Position numbers and translations under genes: made by a program. Positions 41,451 to 54,776 of a DNA stretch of 64,000 nt are shown piece after piece. The notes beneath the pieces are model-generated. The model ran no database searches. It had not been told where the DNA came from and worked only from the letters and a program-made list of their open reading frames with translations. Position 1 is the stretch's first letter. Each line of letters starts with the position of its first letter. Source of the stretch: Octopus vulgaris (lineage: Eukaryota); the NCBI GenBank assembly GCA_951406725.2, contig OX597816.1, forward strand, positions 117,552,001 to 117,616,000, written 5' to 3'.

Positions 41451-41891
41451 GTAATATGTATATATTTATATATATACACATTTAAATTATATATATATAT
41501 ATACACATTTATCAATTTGTGTTGCAAAATTCCTGATGTGAAATCGTGTGTTGAAACAGATATTGTTGTATTTCAGGACGGTCATTTTTTTGCCAAATAA
41601 ACACACGCACTATATATTTTTCTTCACTCGTTTATTAGTTTTTATGTTATTATTCTAACTCATGTCCATTGTCCGGAAATCTTTCGTCACACATCTGTGA
41701 CGAAATATATATATATGTGTGTATATATATGTGAGTGTATATATATATATATATATATATGTGTATATATATGTATATATATGTGTATATATATGTATAT
41801 ATATGTGTATATGTATGCATATATATATGTATATATATATAAATATATATATATATATAAGTTTGAATTGTTCTTTTTGAACTTATTTTTC

Positions 41892-41956
<65 letters not shown>

Positions 41957-42003
41957 GTGAATTGAAGAAATGGAGCTGAACGAAGATTGAACAGAAATCG
42001 TTT

Positions 42004-42096
42004 TATTTCATTCTACACGTGTTTCGAAAGGCACAATTTACCAAAATCCGATTGAATAATGAGACCATATTGTGTCTTTCTCTTCAGGAAGAAATA
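42004..42096 (-). ncRNA. Type I hammerhead ribozyme in the 3' pseudo-LTR, sense to the GIY-YIG ORF
   Basis: Same core CTGAAGA...GAAACACGTGTA; one substitution in the stem II loop. Confidence 0.85.
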
Positions 42097-42698
42097 GGAA
42101 ATCCGTTGGAAAAAACAAAAACAGAACAGAGGCGGAGCAAAACAAATCGAACTAGGCTCCTAAGAGCCCATGGCAAAACTGTTTATCAGTGTATGTTGAG
42201 AACCGGTGGCTGAAGATTTTAACGGGTCAGGCAGCGATCAATCATGTGGGTGAGGGTGTGTAGATGTTCTTTGTGACCGAGAATAAAGTTCTGACTATTT
42301 AAGGAATATTGGATGTTTTATAAGGGGCGAGAAAAAATCTACTTAGAGACATGTGTGTGTATACTGTTCTATATATGTGTGTGCTGGCGTAGGGGTAGAA
42401 AACATTTTTTTGTGTACGTGTGTGCGTTTGATCGCTCGGCTGTCAGTGGCTAAGCCGCTCTCCACAATGGCTACTGCAGTAAGAACCGTTGGGTGGCAGA
42501 AAAAAATATATATTATGTTTTATGTGTGTGTGTGTTCGTCTGAGCCTGCCTTGTCAAGGTAACCCCCCGTTGTCAAAAAACCAAGCCCCGTTTATCTTAC
42601 AGGAGTAATTCCCCTTGCAGTGGTTAATCGTAAATATCTTAAAGGCTATTTCAGAATTTGTTACCAAGGGCTATGGGTGCCGGTATTATTTATAAACG

Positions 42699-43139
42699 CT
42701 ATTTAAAAGCCAGATAAGTGTAACGCCGCCAATGGGGGCATCGAAAAGCCGACTGTAAAAGTCCGTTTACCATCCGGCCTCTGGCAAACAAAATATGGAA
42801 GAGTTCGGAGACACAAAGGTTGCACTGCCTTCTGCCCCTATCAAATGGGAGGGCCACCGACAAAATTGACCATTCCAGCCTGTAGCTTGAGTTCGTATCC
42901 TTCAGTCGCCATATTAGCTTGCTGAGTCCCGTGGTCTGGCGCTTGTTCATGTCCCGAAAAGTTGCGTAATGGTTGGAGACTCGCAAAGCCAATCTTGACG
43001 ATGAGGCCCCTACATAAGTGAAGACATCTGAGTCCGTGTAAACCTTGCATTGGTAGACGGCGTTTTTGATCTTGGAGTTCGCCGACGTGAATCTTATTCT
43101 GCTAGGATTAGTTTCTGAAATTAGAACTGCGTTCCTGTC
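42699..43139 (-). CDS. GIY-YIG endonuclease domain (C-terminus of a PLE polyprotein), 5'-truncated
   Basis: The open frame extends upstream of the track ORF: DRNAVLISETNPSRIRFTSANSKIKNAVYQCKVYTDSDVFTYVGASSSRLALRVSNHYATF...LSKLIWRLK...EWSIL...CNLCVSE...CPHWRRYTYLAFK*. Shows AVY/YVG, R..H and CxxC..E motifs. Confidence 0.85.
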   Translation of the reverse strand, partial: DRNAVLISETNPSRIRFTSANSKIKNAVYQCKVYTDSDVFTYVGASSSRLALRVSNHYATFRDMNKRQTTGLSKLIWRLKDTNSSYRLEWSILSVALPFDRGRRQCNLCVSELFHILFARGRMVNGLLQSAFRCPHWRRYTYLAFK

Positions 43140-43140
43140 C

Positions 43141-43233
43141 TATTTCTTCCTGAAGAGAAAGACACATTATGGTCTCATTATTCAATCGGATTTTGGTAAA
43201 TTGTGCCTTTCGAAACACGTGTAGAATGAAATA
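43141..43233 (+). ncRNA. Type I hammerhead ribozyme in the inverted pseudo-LTR
   Basis: tatttcttcCTGAAGAgaaagacacatt...attgtgcctttcGAAACACGTGTAgaatgaaata. Confidence 0.85.
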
Positions 43234-43439
43234 AAACGATTTCTGTTCAATCTTCGTTCAGCTCCATTTCTTCAATTCACCAATAATATTTTAATTTCAA
43301 TTATCCGCACCAACGCACGGTTGCAACACCATATGGTTGTACCTCCATCCGTGCTGTTTTCTGCTGTGATTTTTGCTACCAAGGTATCGGTTAAACTTTT
43401 GATTAATCTGCTACAAGATTATTCATCTTTCTATTTCAC

Positions 43440-43511
<72 letters not shown>

Positions 43512-43540
43512 TCTATATATATATATATATATATATATAT

Positions 43541-43999
43541 GGGAAAAATATAAGTTCAAAAAGAACAATTCAAACTTTTTGAGAGGTCCAAAAAGAGAGA
43601 TTAATGATTTCTAATAAAGATTCATCATATTCATAAAAAGCAGCCAGAGCAAGTAATATCAATATGAGAATAGTAGTTGAAAAATATCGTTATAGTTATA
43701 AATATACTATAAACATGTATAAAAAATGGAGGAGAAAAAGATGTTGAATCAAAATTAGATTTAATGCAAAATTGGATTCAATACATACGCATATTTTAAT
43801 GGACAATACAAATATGTAAGAAAAAAATTATAATCATAGTAATTATAATTTTTTTCTTACATATTTGTATTGTCCTTAGAAACGTGCGTATGTATTGAAT
43901 CCAATTTCGTATTAAATCTAATTTTGATTTAACATTTTTTTCTCCTCCATTTTTTATATTTGTTTATGGTAGATTTATACCTATAACGATATTTTTCAA

Positions 44000-44001
<2 letters not shown>
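43541..44001. mobile_element. Older palindromic insertion (~160-bp arms, ~130-bp one-sided extension) in (TA)n
   Basis: Arms 43675-43834 and 43842-44001 with scattered mismatches; (TA)n flanks. Confidence 0.7.
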
Positions 44002-44077
<76 letters not shown>

Positions 44078-44145
44078 GTATATATATATGTATGTATATA
44101 TATATGTATATATAGTATATATATGTATGTATATATGTATATATG

Positions 44146-44196
<51 letters not shown>

Positions 44197-44462
44197 TTAT
44201 CTCCCTTATACCGAAAAATATCTTATTACCACCCCTGTTTGGAACTCTTCTACATCACATCATAGCGAAGAGAAGACACAATGTCGGTAGCGAAGAGAAG
44301 ACACAATGTCGGTAGCGAAAATACGAAACCGGTTATTTCTCCAAAAACATGACGACGATTTTAATGTTTTTAACCATATAATACAAGCCTTCTGTAGTTT
44401 TTTCATTCTATTTTGCTTTTTATACATCCAACCACGTGCCTTCCCATACCAAATCTCTCACC

Positions 44463-44534
<72 letters not shown>

Positions 44535-44538
<4 letters not shown>

Positions 44539-45406
44539 GAGTCCCAAACGTCAATGATGGGTTTCAATGTTTAATAACGTCCTTAACTTTACAAATAAAT
44601 GCATAAAATTTTAATACAACATAAAGGAAATAATGGAAATTAATATGCAAAAATCAAATTTTGCAAAACCACTATATCGCATATGAAAAATGGCATCGCT
44701 TAAATGACAGCCATTTTCGGCTTTTCACACACGTGCTCTTTCCAAAACTTGTTCTATAACACTTTCAAGAGTTTCAGACCCCACTTCTCTGATTTCTCTA
44801 TTGATGTTCTCCTACAGCTGCATCAGGGTCTCGGGTTTGTTGACGTAAACCCTCTCTTTCAGGTATTCCCACAAGAAAAATCCGGGCTAGTCATATCTGA
44901 GGAAGGTGAAGGTCATTCATTGTAGACCTCACACATGGCTCCAGCAAAATGGGGCGACTGCTCATATCGCAAGAGAAACAATGCAGTTGGAGAGAGAATA
45001 ATCTTCCGCTATTGCAATGTCAACTGCTCTTCACCTTCTCCAGACTTGACTGGCCCGGATTTTTTGTTGTGGAGATACCTGAGAAAGAGGGTTTACGTCA
45101 ACAAACTGGAGACCCTGGTGCAAGTGAAGGAGAACATCAATAGAGAAATCAGATAAGTGAGGTCTGAAACGCTTGAGGGTGTTATGGTGCAAGTTTTTGA
45201 AAGAGCACGGGCGTGCGAAGCCGAAAATGGCTGCCATTTAAGCGATGACATTTTCCATATGTGATGTAGTAGTGTTGCAAAATTTGACTTGTGCATATTA
45301 ATTTCCATCATGTCCTTTATATTGTATCAAAATTTCATGCATTTATTTGTAAAGTTAAGGAAGTAATTAAAAATTGAAACCCATTACTGACGTTTGGGAC
45401 ACCCTG
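44535..45406. mobile_element. Palindromic Tc1/mariner-superfamily derivative built from two right ends (~375-bp arms)
   Basis: Termini cagggagtcccaaacgtca / tgacgtttgggacaccctg. Arms 44535-44908 and 45030-45406 both encode the transposase C-terminus (SPDLTGPDFLLWRYLRKRVYVNK..., maT/DD37D-like). Confidence 0.8.
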
Positions 45407-45494
45407 TATATGTGTGTGTGGTTATATATGTGTATATATATGTGTGTATATATAAATATATATGTGTATATATATGTGTGTATATATATATATA

Positions 45495-45538
<44 letters not shown>

Positions 45539-46947
45539 TATATATATATATATGCTAATCCACTCCCCTCAAAAATTGGTGGCCTTATGCACATGCTAGA
45601 AACATTATTAGTTATTTTAAAAAATTTACTTTGGAGGCAAAATGAGTTCTATACATACAGCAAAATACTTAAATCTAAAATCTAAAACGCACTGTAGAAT
45701 TGCTGGTGTAATAGAATGAAAATGTTTTCTTCGTCGTGATATAGTAATATAGCTGTTACCATAGAATGAGATGTGTTACTGCTGATTACGCAATGCAATT
45801 TTCCAGAATTAACAACCACCCGTTAAACAATTCTTAACCTCAGCATTTTTGCGTCAGACATATCTGAAATATCCATTGACATTGTATTCGGTTTTATTTT
45901 CTCATTCTTGAACAGAAAGAAAGCTATTTACAACGTAATACGTACACTGCCAAGAGTTCAGTACTGTACTTCGCATAGATAAGGAATTTTACTATTTAGA
46001 TGTTGTTTCGTTACTCCGCTTCACGTATGAGTTCAAATCTTGCTAATGAATAGATTTTTGCTTTCCGTCCTTCTTGAGTAGAATACATAAATAAGAGTCA
46101 AGTATTCGATATAACTGATTATATCCTCCACCACCAAATGTGCGGCTTTTCCTAATTCGTTACTGTCAAGTTTATAACTCTGCTTCTAGGAACAAACTTG
46201 ACTATAGCACGGTTTCAAGTCTTGGATGAAACCGTAAAACCCTCGTTACACGTCTACTAGTGTTGATAATAGCATGAATTTCTCAGTTCTCATTTGCTAG
46301 GTGTGAAATATGGTTGTTTGTGTTTTAGTCAAAGAGAAACTTATATTATTTGCTGAAATAGGCTATCAGCAGTGAATTACCTGAAACGAAAGAGCACTAT
46401 ATTCTGTATCTTTATATTATGTGCCTTTTATACTGAACTTTCTGAGTTCAATCCCACCATTGTTAATTGTTTTCCACTCCTATTAAATGGTGGTGAAATG
46501 GCAGACACTGGGGAGCAGTGGACAAAATATCTTGCAGTAGTTAGTTACGCACAAATCTCACAGAAGTCAGGATTTCGGCGTATTTAATTGTCGTTTCTTG
46601 TTGAGGTTGTTTAAAAATGTTTTATTCAAGTACTGGTTCGACTTAATCGTCTTTAACGTTTCCCCACTCCTAATTTGTGTCCTACAAATCAAAGAACATA
46701 ATATTATAAATTTCTAACCTTAGCACAGCGTGGCATATCTTGAGAGAGAGAGAGAGAGGGAGAGAGAAAGAGAGAGAGAGAAAGAGAGAGAGAGAAAGAG
46801 AGAGAGAGAGTGAGTGAGTGAGAGAGATGAAATAAATTAAACAGTGTAATGTATCACCTGATTGCTACATTTTCTAGTTGTTATCGAGATTGGAGGAAAT
46901 GTAATCAACATTCAATTTTTAATACAAATATAGATATTTGCATTTTG

Positions 46948-47012
<65 letters not shown>

Positions 47013-47718
47013 CACACACATACACATATGTATGTGTGCATACATATATGTGTATATATATGCATATATATATGTACACACACATACACACACGCGCACA
47101 CACACATATATTACATATGTATATCACACACACACACACACACACACATAAAACGAGATAAGATAAGAGAAATATCTCTGAGTGGTCAGTGGCATGTATT
47201 TGAGAAATTAATTTAATAATAATTAAATTGAATAAAATATTAATTTAATTTAATTATTAAATTCAATATTTTAATTAAGTTATTGATTATGTTATCTTAT
47301 AATTTGAGCATATTAAATAACTTACAAGACTTTTCGCTATTTATTGAAATTATCTCCGCTTCCAGAGAGGGTAGGCAAATTGCTTGGTAGCAATTGGTGC
47401 TACCATTTTCTAAATGAAAATGGAAGGTAATCACAAGGATAAAAATTCTCCAAAATAGACATGCCATTAAAGAAAATAGTCTGATTGTTGCAAAATAAGA
47501 AGATAACTGTGGACGCAGGTTTCTGAATTAATTGGTGTCATCAGTACAGCAATTGTTTTGCTTTATGTTCAGCAGACGAAACACTTAGGCATGCAGAAAA
47601 AAGAACACAGTAATGGCTTAAGTCACTTGCATAAATTAAACAAAAATGAGCTAAAAATATATAACGCAATGTGGCAGTGCATGTATTTGAACATACACAC
47701 ATACTCACACTCATAGAT

Positions 47719-47778
<60 letters not shown>

Positions 47779-48432
47779 TTATATGATCGAAGGGAGATAA
47801 TTCCGGTGATTCTAATAAGATTGGGGTTATCTCCATTTGCGTGACACGAAATATATAAACATATATCAGTATTTATTAGATGTGTACGTGGTTACGTGTG
47901 TATCGAATGGTGTTCCTTTAAATTAAAAGCTGTCATCCATTTGATAAATAGATGTTGATAAAATAAATATTATCAAGTTGAAATAAGTCGACTACAGCTG
48001 TTGGAACCGGAGCCCTAGCACGGCCGTAGTTTTATAATCGAAGCCAGTAAAGCGATGAAATAATAATAACAATTTTGGGCTTAAAGCATAATGATATCAA
48101 ATAATGGTCACTAATACACTAAGGTCGATGCACCCAACTATATATACTCCCGTAATAATTGGCTTTGTGCCTGTGATAAAGATATCAGTATTACATAGTG
48201 ATTAATATTGATAGCAATTATCTGAAGTATGATATGAATGTTGTCAGGTTTCCAATTCTGCAAATAGCACTGACATTTGTATAATAAATAGGAAAAAGAG
48301 AGTCGAGATTATCTGGGGTTGGTAGGATGTGTAAAAACAAACTACCGTACGAAAGGGTGGTGTCTCCCATGACCAAAATACTTAACCTTGCTGTTTCAGC
48401 AGAGCTTTTAAATGAGTACGAGATAGATAGAC

Positions 48433-48532
<100 letters not shown>

Positions 48533-49090
48533 GGCTAGATAAATATACAGGTGAAAGAGAAACGTACTCCGTACATTTCACAGTGTCTGTATACACATTA
48601 CCTGTGAACGGCCGGGAAGCTATATACTTAGAAAGTGTTGAATATATTAATGTAGTTGGGTTTAGGTACTCAAAAAGGACTGAGAAATAATAAAACATTT
48701 TCCGAGAAATACCGTATTCAATAGAAGTTTCACGTGAACATTTGTAATTCGGTTCTAAGAGCAATTCGGCTACTCGGTGATGTTTAAAATCTATTAGCGA
48801 TGTACTGTAAGCCATATTAGTACACCCCACCATCCACACCCATACAAGCACACACAAACACTCACATACACATACGCACACACACACACATACACGCACA
48901 CACACACACATGCACGCACGCACATGTTGGGCTCGTTCGGATGCCTTCTTATGGGAAGCAAGGATCCAAACGATAAACTTTTTTCTGTGTTCTGTGTCAC
49001 TTGAAGTATTGTGAATCTAAGTTCAATGTTAATAGAAAAAGCAAAATATAGATATACTGTGTACTCTTTGCCTTTGCTTGTCCTGTCTAC

Positions 49091-49162
<72 letters not shown>

Positions 49163-49169
49163 TGATCTA

Positions 49170-49207
<38 letters not shown>

Positions 49208-49296
49208 CGTCCGTCCGTCCGTCTGTCTGTCTGTCTGTCTGTATGTCTGTATGTCTGTATGTCTGTATGTATGTCTGTCCGCCCATCCGCCCATCC

Positions 49297-49362
<66 letters not shown>

Positions 49363-50403
49363 TTACTGGGTCCCCGTGTAGCTTCCGTCTACACACAAGA
49401 AGACACTTATTCGAAATGCCACACAAAGAGATTGAACACAGAACATAAATGTCTCTTGTAAGCCAAATGCAATGCAGAATCATGACAATTGGCACTGTGT
49501 ACGAACACATATTTGGACACAATGTATAAATGCATGCCATTAAATATACATGTTTATCGTATATATCGCTTACCAAGTCTTTCAAGACTGGAAGAAGTTT
49601 TGCACTGAACGGGGACTTTGCACAATTGCTTGCATCTGAACAGATACTGCTTGAGTCACCCAAAGGTAAGGCTGTGATACTTAAGTAGGGAACGAATTAA
49701 GTTTGCCACCCTCCCACAGAATCTGTTCCATCTACGAGCTTCTTGAGAGGTTTTGTCAACCAAATTTCCCTTACAAAGCTTTGGTCATCCAGAGGCTTAG
49801 AAAGACGACAGTTCCACAACTTGCAAATAATTTGTGAAACGGTCTTTTTGTTCTCACAATTATATATATGCTTTAATGTATTATTAATTTATTATTTGCG
49901 TGTATTTGAACTGGTGGCAAGATCATCGTAGCATAACTAGGAATCTATCGATTGGCGCCCACAAAGAAGGCTCAATATATTTTTGTGCAGCTCTTTCGCT
50001 TCCATTTACTGGATTCCAAATATCACTGAATTTTACAGGGCTCATTATCTTTTTGCGAATTCAGATCACGAAAGTTGTAACTGTTGACACAGTTTATCAC
50101 ACAACTAGGATTAATAAATTCCTATTGAATACATAAGGTTGGTTTACAATAGAACTTCTGCCCATCATTTGAATCTAATGGTTGGTGTTTGGCACGCTAA
50201 GAATTTTATGAGTGTGCATATATATATGTGTGTGTGGGTGCGCTTGTGTATACATTTATTTGTAAGGCCAAATTATTTGAAAGACAAAAAATAACAAAAT
50301 ACCATGTAAGTTTCTTTTTGACTTTGAAATACACCCCGAAGAAATAAGACTTTCGTTTGAAAAGTTAGTGGATATTTTGTATGAGCAAATCGTGATGTTG
50401 CCA

Positions 50404-50457
<54 letters not shown>

Positions 50458-50795
50458 CATACACATACGTACTACATACATGAATATATACGTATGTACA
50501 TATATATGTATGTATGTTTGTATGTATGTGTATACACACACATACACATATATGCACCACTGCTGCCAAGTAAAATAAAAAGGTATCCGGTAAAAAAATA
50601 CAGAGAGCTATCAAGTAGTTCATCATACGTCATACGAGTACAGATATGTAGATTATTGATAAAGAAGGGCGTTTTAAGTTTAGATATAATCACCTAAGCT
50701 AGTATAACCACTACAAACACCATCATCAGCAGCACAAGCAGCATCACCAGCACCACCAACACTATCACTAGCTCTAGCACACCACCACCATCACC

Positions 50796-50876
<81 letters not shown>

Positions 50877-52214
50877 AACAATGAAATGTTATTAACCACA
50901 TCTTCATTATTTACTTTCAACTTATATCAAACTCTTTCTGTATGTATTTTTATATCTGTCTCCTTGGATCGATCTAAGGAAAAAATAAATAAATACTTAA
51001 TGACGTTTACTTTACAAACCTAACACAAAACTGGAATTTAGAATTCTTTTCAAAACGAATAATAAAGGTTGAATCGGTTATGTATGGAAATAAACGGCTT
51101 CAGTCATTTAATTAGAATACGGTAGATATTTATTAACGGATGAGACACATCTGACATTCTTTCAATCATATTTGTTAGACGATTCTAAAGCATAACACAA
51201 TACAACAGAACGCAAGATTTTAAATTCTCCTCAGAACTACAGATGAGAAAATACAAAGAGGAAAATACAAACAAAACAATGCAAAACGGTTTATCAAATT
51301 CATCCTTGAACTGATGAATTAATTTGCAAAGAAACCCCATCGCAGTAACATGGCTGCCACGAGTTAAATAAACACGGCGCAACAATTTTTTCGAAACGTT
51401 GCCTAGGGCGTGGGAATGAGTTTTAGAGATTAGTTATCAATTATTCAAACGTTACCGATATTGTATGTTAAAGAATTGCCAACATAAACTGTTCGACCTG
51501 TTGTGACATCGATCAACGACGAAACTAAGTCGTGTGCTGTGCATGCATAATTTACACCTTATGCAAAATATCTGACACACAATATCTTACACAACTTTTT
51601 TTCTTTAAATTTATGCCCATCTGCACTTTCGAGCACACAGAACACACAGAAATACACGCATACGCAACACAGTACAAATATATACCCGTATTCTCATAAA
51701 AAAAAAAACACCTTCAATCATGCACACACGCATACAGACAGACACGAAGTGATTTGCAATTGACTGGACTGATCATATTACCGTTATATTTGATGTATAC
51801 ATAAACACACATATGCAGGTTTGTTCCAAAGAGCTTTACGATCACATTACTGTTTTAAACATGAGCTTTACATAAACAGTCACACACACAAGCACACAGC
51901 ACTGCACAACTGCATATATTTAGACATAGAAACGTCTGTTGCAGTAGAAGAACCATTCATAATGTTACTCGTACACTGATACTAACACCTGCATACATAG
52001 AAGTGCTCTTTCTCCCTCTGAGAAATTGTCGTGATCGTATTCTTTGTGTGTATGTGTGTGTGTGTGTGTGTGTACTCATGAATTCACAAAACACAATAAT
52101 GTGTGTGTGTTTTGCGCGCGCGTGCACACACACACATGCACACACACGCCCTTGCGGTCGCACATTCATACAGATATATAGATATTTGTTGCTACTATTA
52201 TTTATTCCGAGGAA

Positions 52215-52413
52215 AGGCAGCGAGCTGGTAGAATCGTTAGTACGCAGGGAAAAATGCTTAGCGGTATTTCGTCTGTCGCCACGTTCTAAGTTCAAATTCC
52301 GCCGAGGTCGACTTTGCTTCTCATTCTTTCAGGGTTGATTAAATAAGTACCAGGGTCGTTGTAATCGACTTGACCCCCTCCCCCAAGCTGCCCCTGTGGC
52401 AAAATTTGAAATC
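52215..52413 (+). mobile_element. SINE family B with 18-bp TSD
   Basis: TSD attatttattccgaggaa at 52197-52214 and 52414-52431. Confidence 0.88.
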
Positions 52414-53320
52414 ATTATTTATTCCGAGGAAGAGAAGCAAATTCCAATGCATGCCTTGATCTATTTTGCTCCTAACCAAACAACGTGGAAGTCCTTATAA
52501 GAAGGAGGTGGGGTTCGATCTAGAAGAAATAGCAACTAAATCCCCCTTCAACCCACATCTCGCCGTCTTGAACAGTAAAGACACATTACATGTCATATTC
52601 CTAGATCCTATAAAAAGAACACGTGATAGTTGGGTTGATTCTGATGACAGATTTGATCAATTAAGGTTAGACCCGGTAGCAATAATCTATTTCCTGCTCT
52701 TAACTTTAAAATATTTTACTAAATTATTTAGGTTTCCCAGTCTGGAAGAATCTACAGAGGTAATAAGTACATCTCCCATCTCACCCAACTAACAAATAAC
52801 AAAGAAATGGATCGTTGTTGTAGTAAACCTATAATGGAAGCCGGTCCAGTTGCAACAATACAGTCATTTTTTCATAACTACATTATCCAATGTATCTCTT
52901 GTTAAGACGTTAGGATATGATTTGAAAGACATTTTGCTGATATTTCTTGCTGATCGGAGGATCACGTGGAGGCTCTCTACAAGAGAAGTATACTCTTAAA
53001 TCTTAGAAGCGAAAAAACATTGAAGGAATAGCAAGGAAGAGTTAAAAGGAGGATTACAGTTGGAAAACTGGTAGTGCTAATGTTACTATTGTAGTTAAGC
53101 TCCAGGTCGAGGAAATTAATTATGAAAGGCATTCCAGTCGTGACCAACCAGTTTTTTTGAAAGAGACTTTTATGACAGATTGTGATCAGAGGAAGATTTC
53201 AGGGCTAATTTTAGTAGGTGGTGCAACCATTCACAAGCACAGTATTTATAAATGCTGCTATAAAAATGCTTCTAAAACGACGACCAGCTAGCGATCTATG
53301 TTTTCTCGATATTAACAGAG

Positions 53321-53524
53321 AGGAAGGCGGCGAGCTGGCAGAATCGTTAGCACGTCGGGCGAATGCTTAGCGTCATTTCGTCCATCTCCACATTCTGAGT
53401 TCAAATTCCGCTTATTTCGACTTTGCTTTTCATTCTTCCGGGGTCGATAGAATAAGTGCTGGGATTGATTTAAACGATTTGCCCACATACACGAAGATGC
53501 TGGCCTTGTGTTAAAATTTGAAAC
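53321..53524 (+). mobile_element. SINE family B with 14-bp TSD
   Basis: TSD cgatattaacagag at 53307-53320 and 53525-53538. Confidence 0.85.
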
Positions 53525-53576
53525 CGATATTAACAGAGGGGTGAAACAGCTCTCATGTACGAGCAGTTCTCTAGAG

Positions 53577-53870
53577 AAGGGACCCCAACTAACGGGGTTA
53601 TAGGCCAGTATCGGGCCGCACAAAAAGAATAAGTTATAAAATTTTATTTCTATTTTATCATTTCTATTTTACCGTAGTTAACAATGTAATAATAATAGAA
53701 ATAAAGTGCGTAATATGCAATGTGGTAATACATTTGCATTATATATGTAATTATTAAATTATATATTATGCACTTAATTGTATTTTATTATGTGTATGAT
53801 CCTCTGGTTCATGAAAAAATTGTCTTGCATGAAACCAGTCCCTAGTGCAAAAAAGGTTGAGAACTGACTG
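53577..53870 (+). mobile_element. hAT (Charlie-type) MITE resembling MER1
   Basis: 8-bp TSD ctctagag at 53569-53576 and 53871-53878. 3' end gaaaaaattgtcttgcatgaaaccagtccctagtgcaaaaaaggttgagaactgactg resembles the MER1 terminus as I recall it. Confidence 0.7.
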
Positions 53871-54314
53871 CTCTAGAGCATGGCACAATTCTCGCCCAGT
53901 ATAGTTTAAGCATCTCTTCATGGTATCTGTTTATGTTTACAAAGTAATCTTGGCTAAGTGATATAAGAGTGTTAGCCATCATGATAGGTTATTTTATCTA
54001 GCTTTTGATCATAAGATCTAGCATTTGCTGTGATGGATTTAGCTTGCAACCATTTCCTTTAAACTTTAGAGAAGGACTGCTTCTATATATATTGTCCAAT
54101 AATCTTTACAACCTAGTAAAACATTTAAGTTGTCGTACACAGATACTTTGAAATGTTATGTTGGAGTGAAATGGCTAAAATTGCGAGAATGGAAGTAACG
54201 AGACAATATATGTTAGATGTCAACGGAAAATGGCAGACGTCTGCATGCACGTACAACCACTCCATCCCAAACAAAATGGCACACGACGTACGACTATACT
54301 CAGAAACCCCAACC

Positions 54315-54345
<31 letters not shown>

Positions 54346-54723
54346 TGTATGTATGTATGTATGTATGTATGTATGTATGTATGTATGTATGTATGCATTA
54401 TGTATGTATGCATGTATGTATGTCCATGTCTCTGTATGTGTGTGTGAATGTGTGTGCGCGCGCATGCATGTGTTTATGTATAAATTATGTACTTAAATAC
54501 CTATTTTAAGTATATATATCTCGTTCTCTCGCTTTATATATATGTGCACGCACACACACACAGACATACATATATGGATAAACACACACAAACACAAAAA
54601 CTCACGCACACACGTACATATAATCATTCATAAAATGTATATGTATACATGTGTGTTTCTATGTATGTATGTATGTATGTATGTATGTATGTATGTATGT
54701 ATGTATGTATGTATGTATGTATG

Positions 54724-54776
<53 letters not shown>

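Larger units (their letters stand above)
41954..43441 (-). mobile_element. 5'-truncated Penelope-like retroelement: GIY-YIG ORF end, 3' pseudo-LTR and inverted pseudo-LTR, inserted in (TA)n
   Basis: Minus-strand GIY-YIG frame 43139-42699, followed by 3' sequence to 41954. Segment 43138-43283 is an inverted copy of 41954-42099 and extends to 43441. HHR in both copies; (TA)n on both flanks. Confidence 0.9.

Noticed and set aside
40849-42213. Three near-identical 64-80 aa ORFs (MFRKAQFTK...)
   Set aside because: They are the antisense reading of the HHR-containing pseudo-LTR. The GTG start and repetition reflect the repeat, not a gene family.
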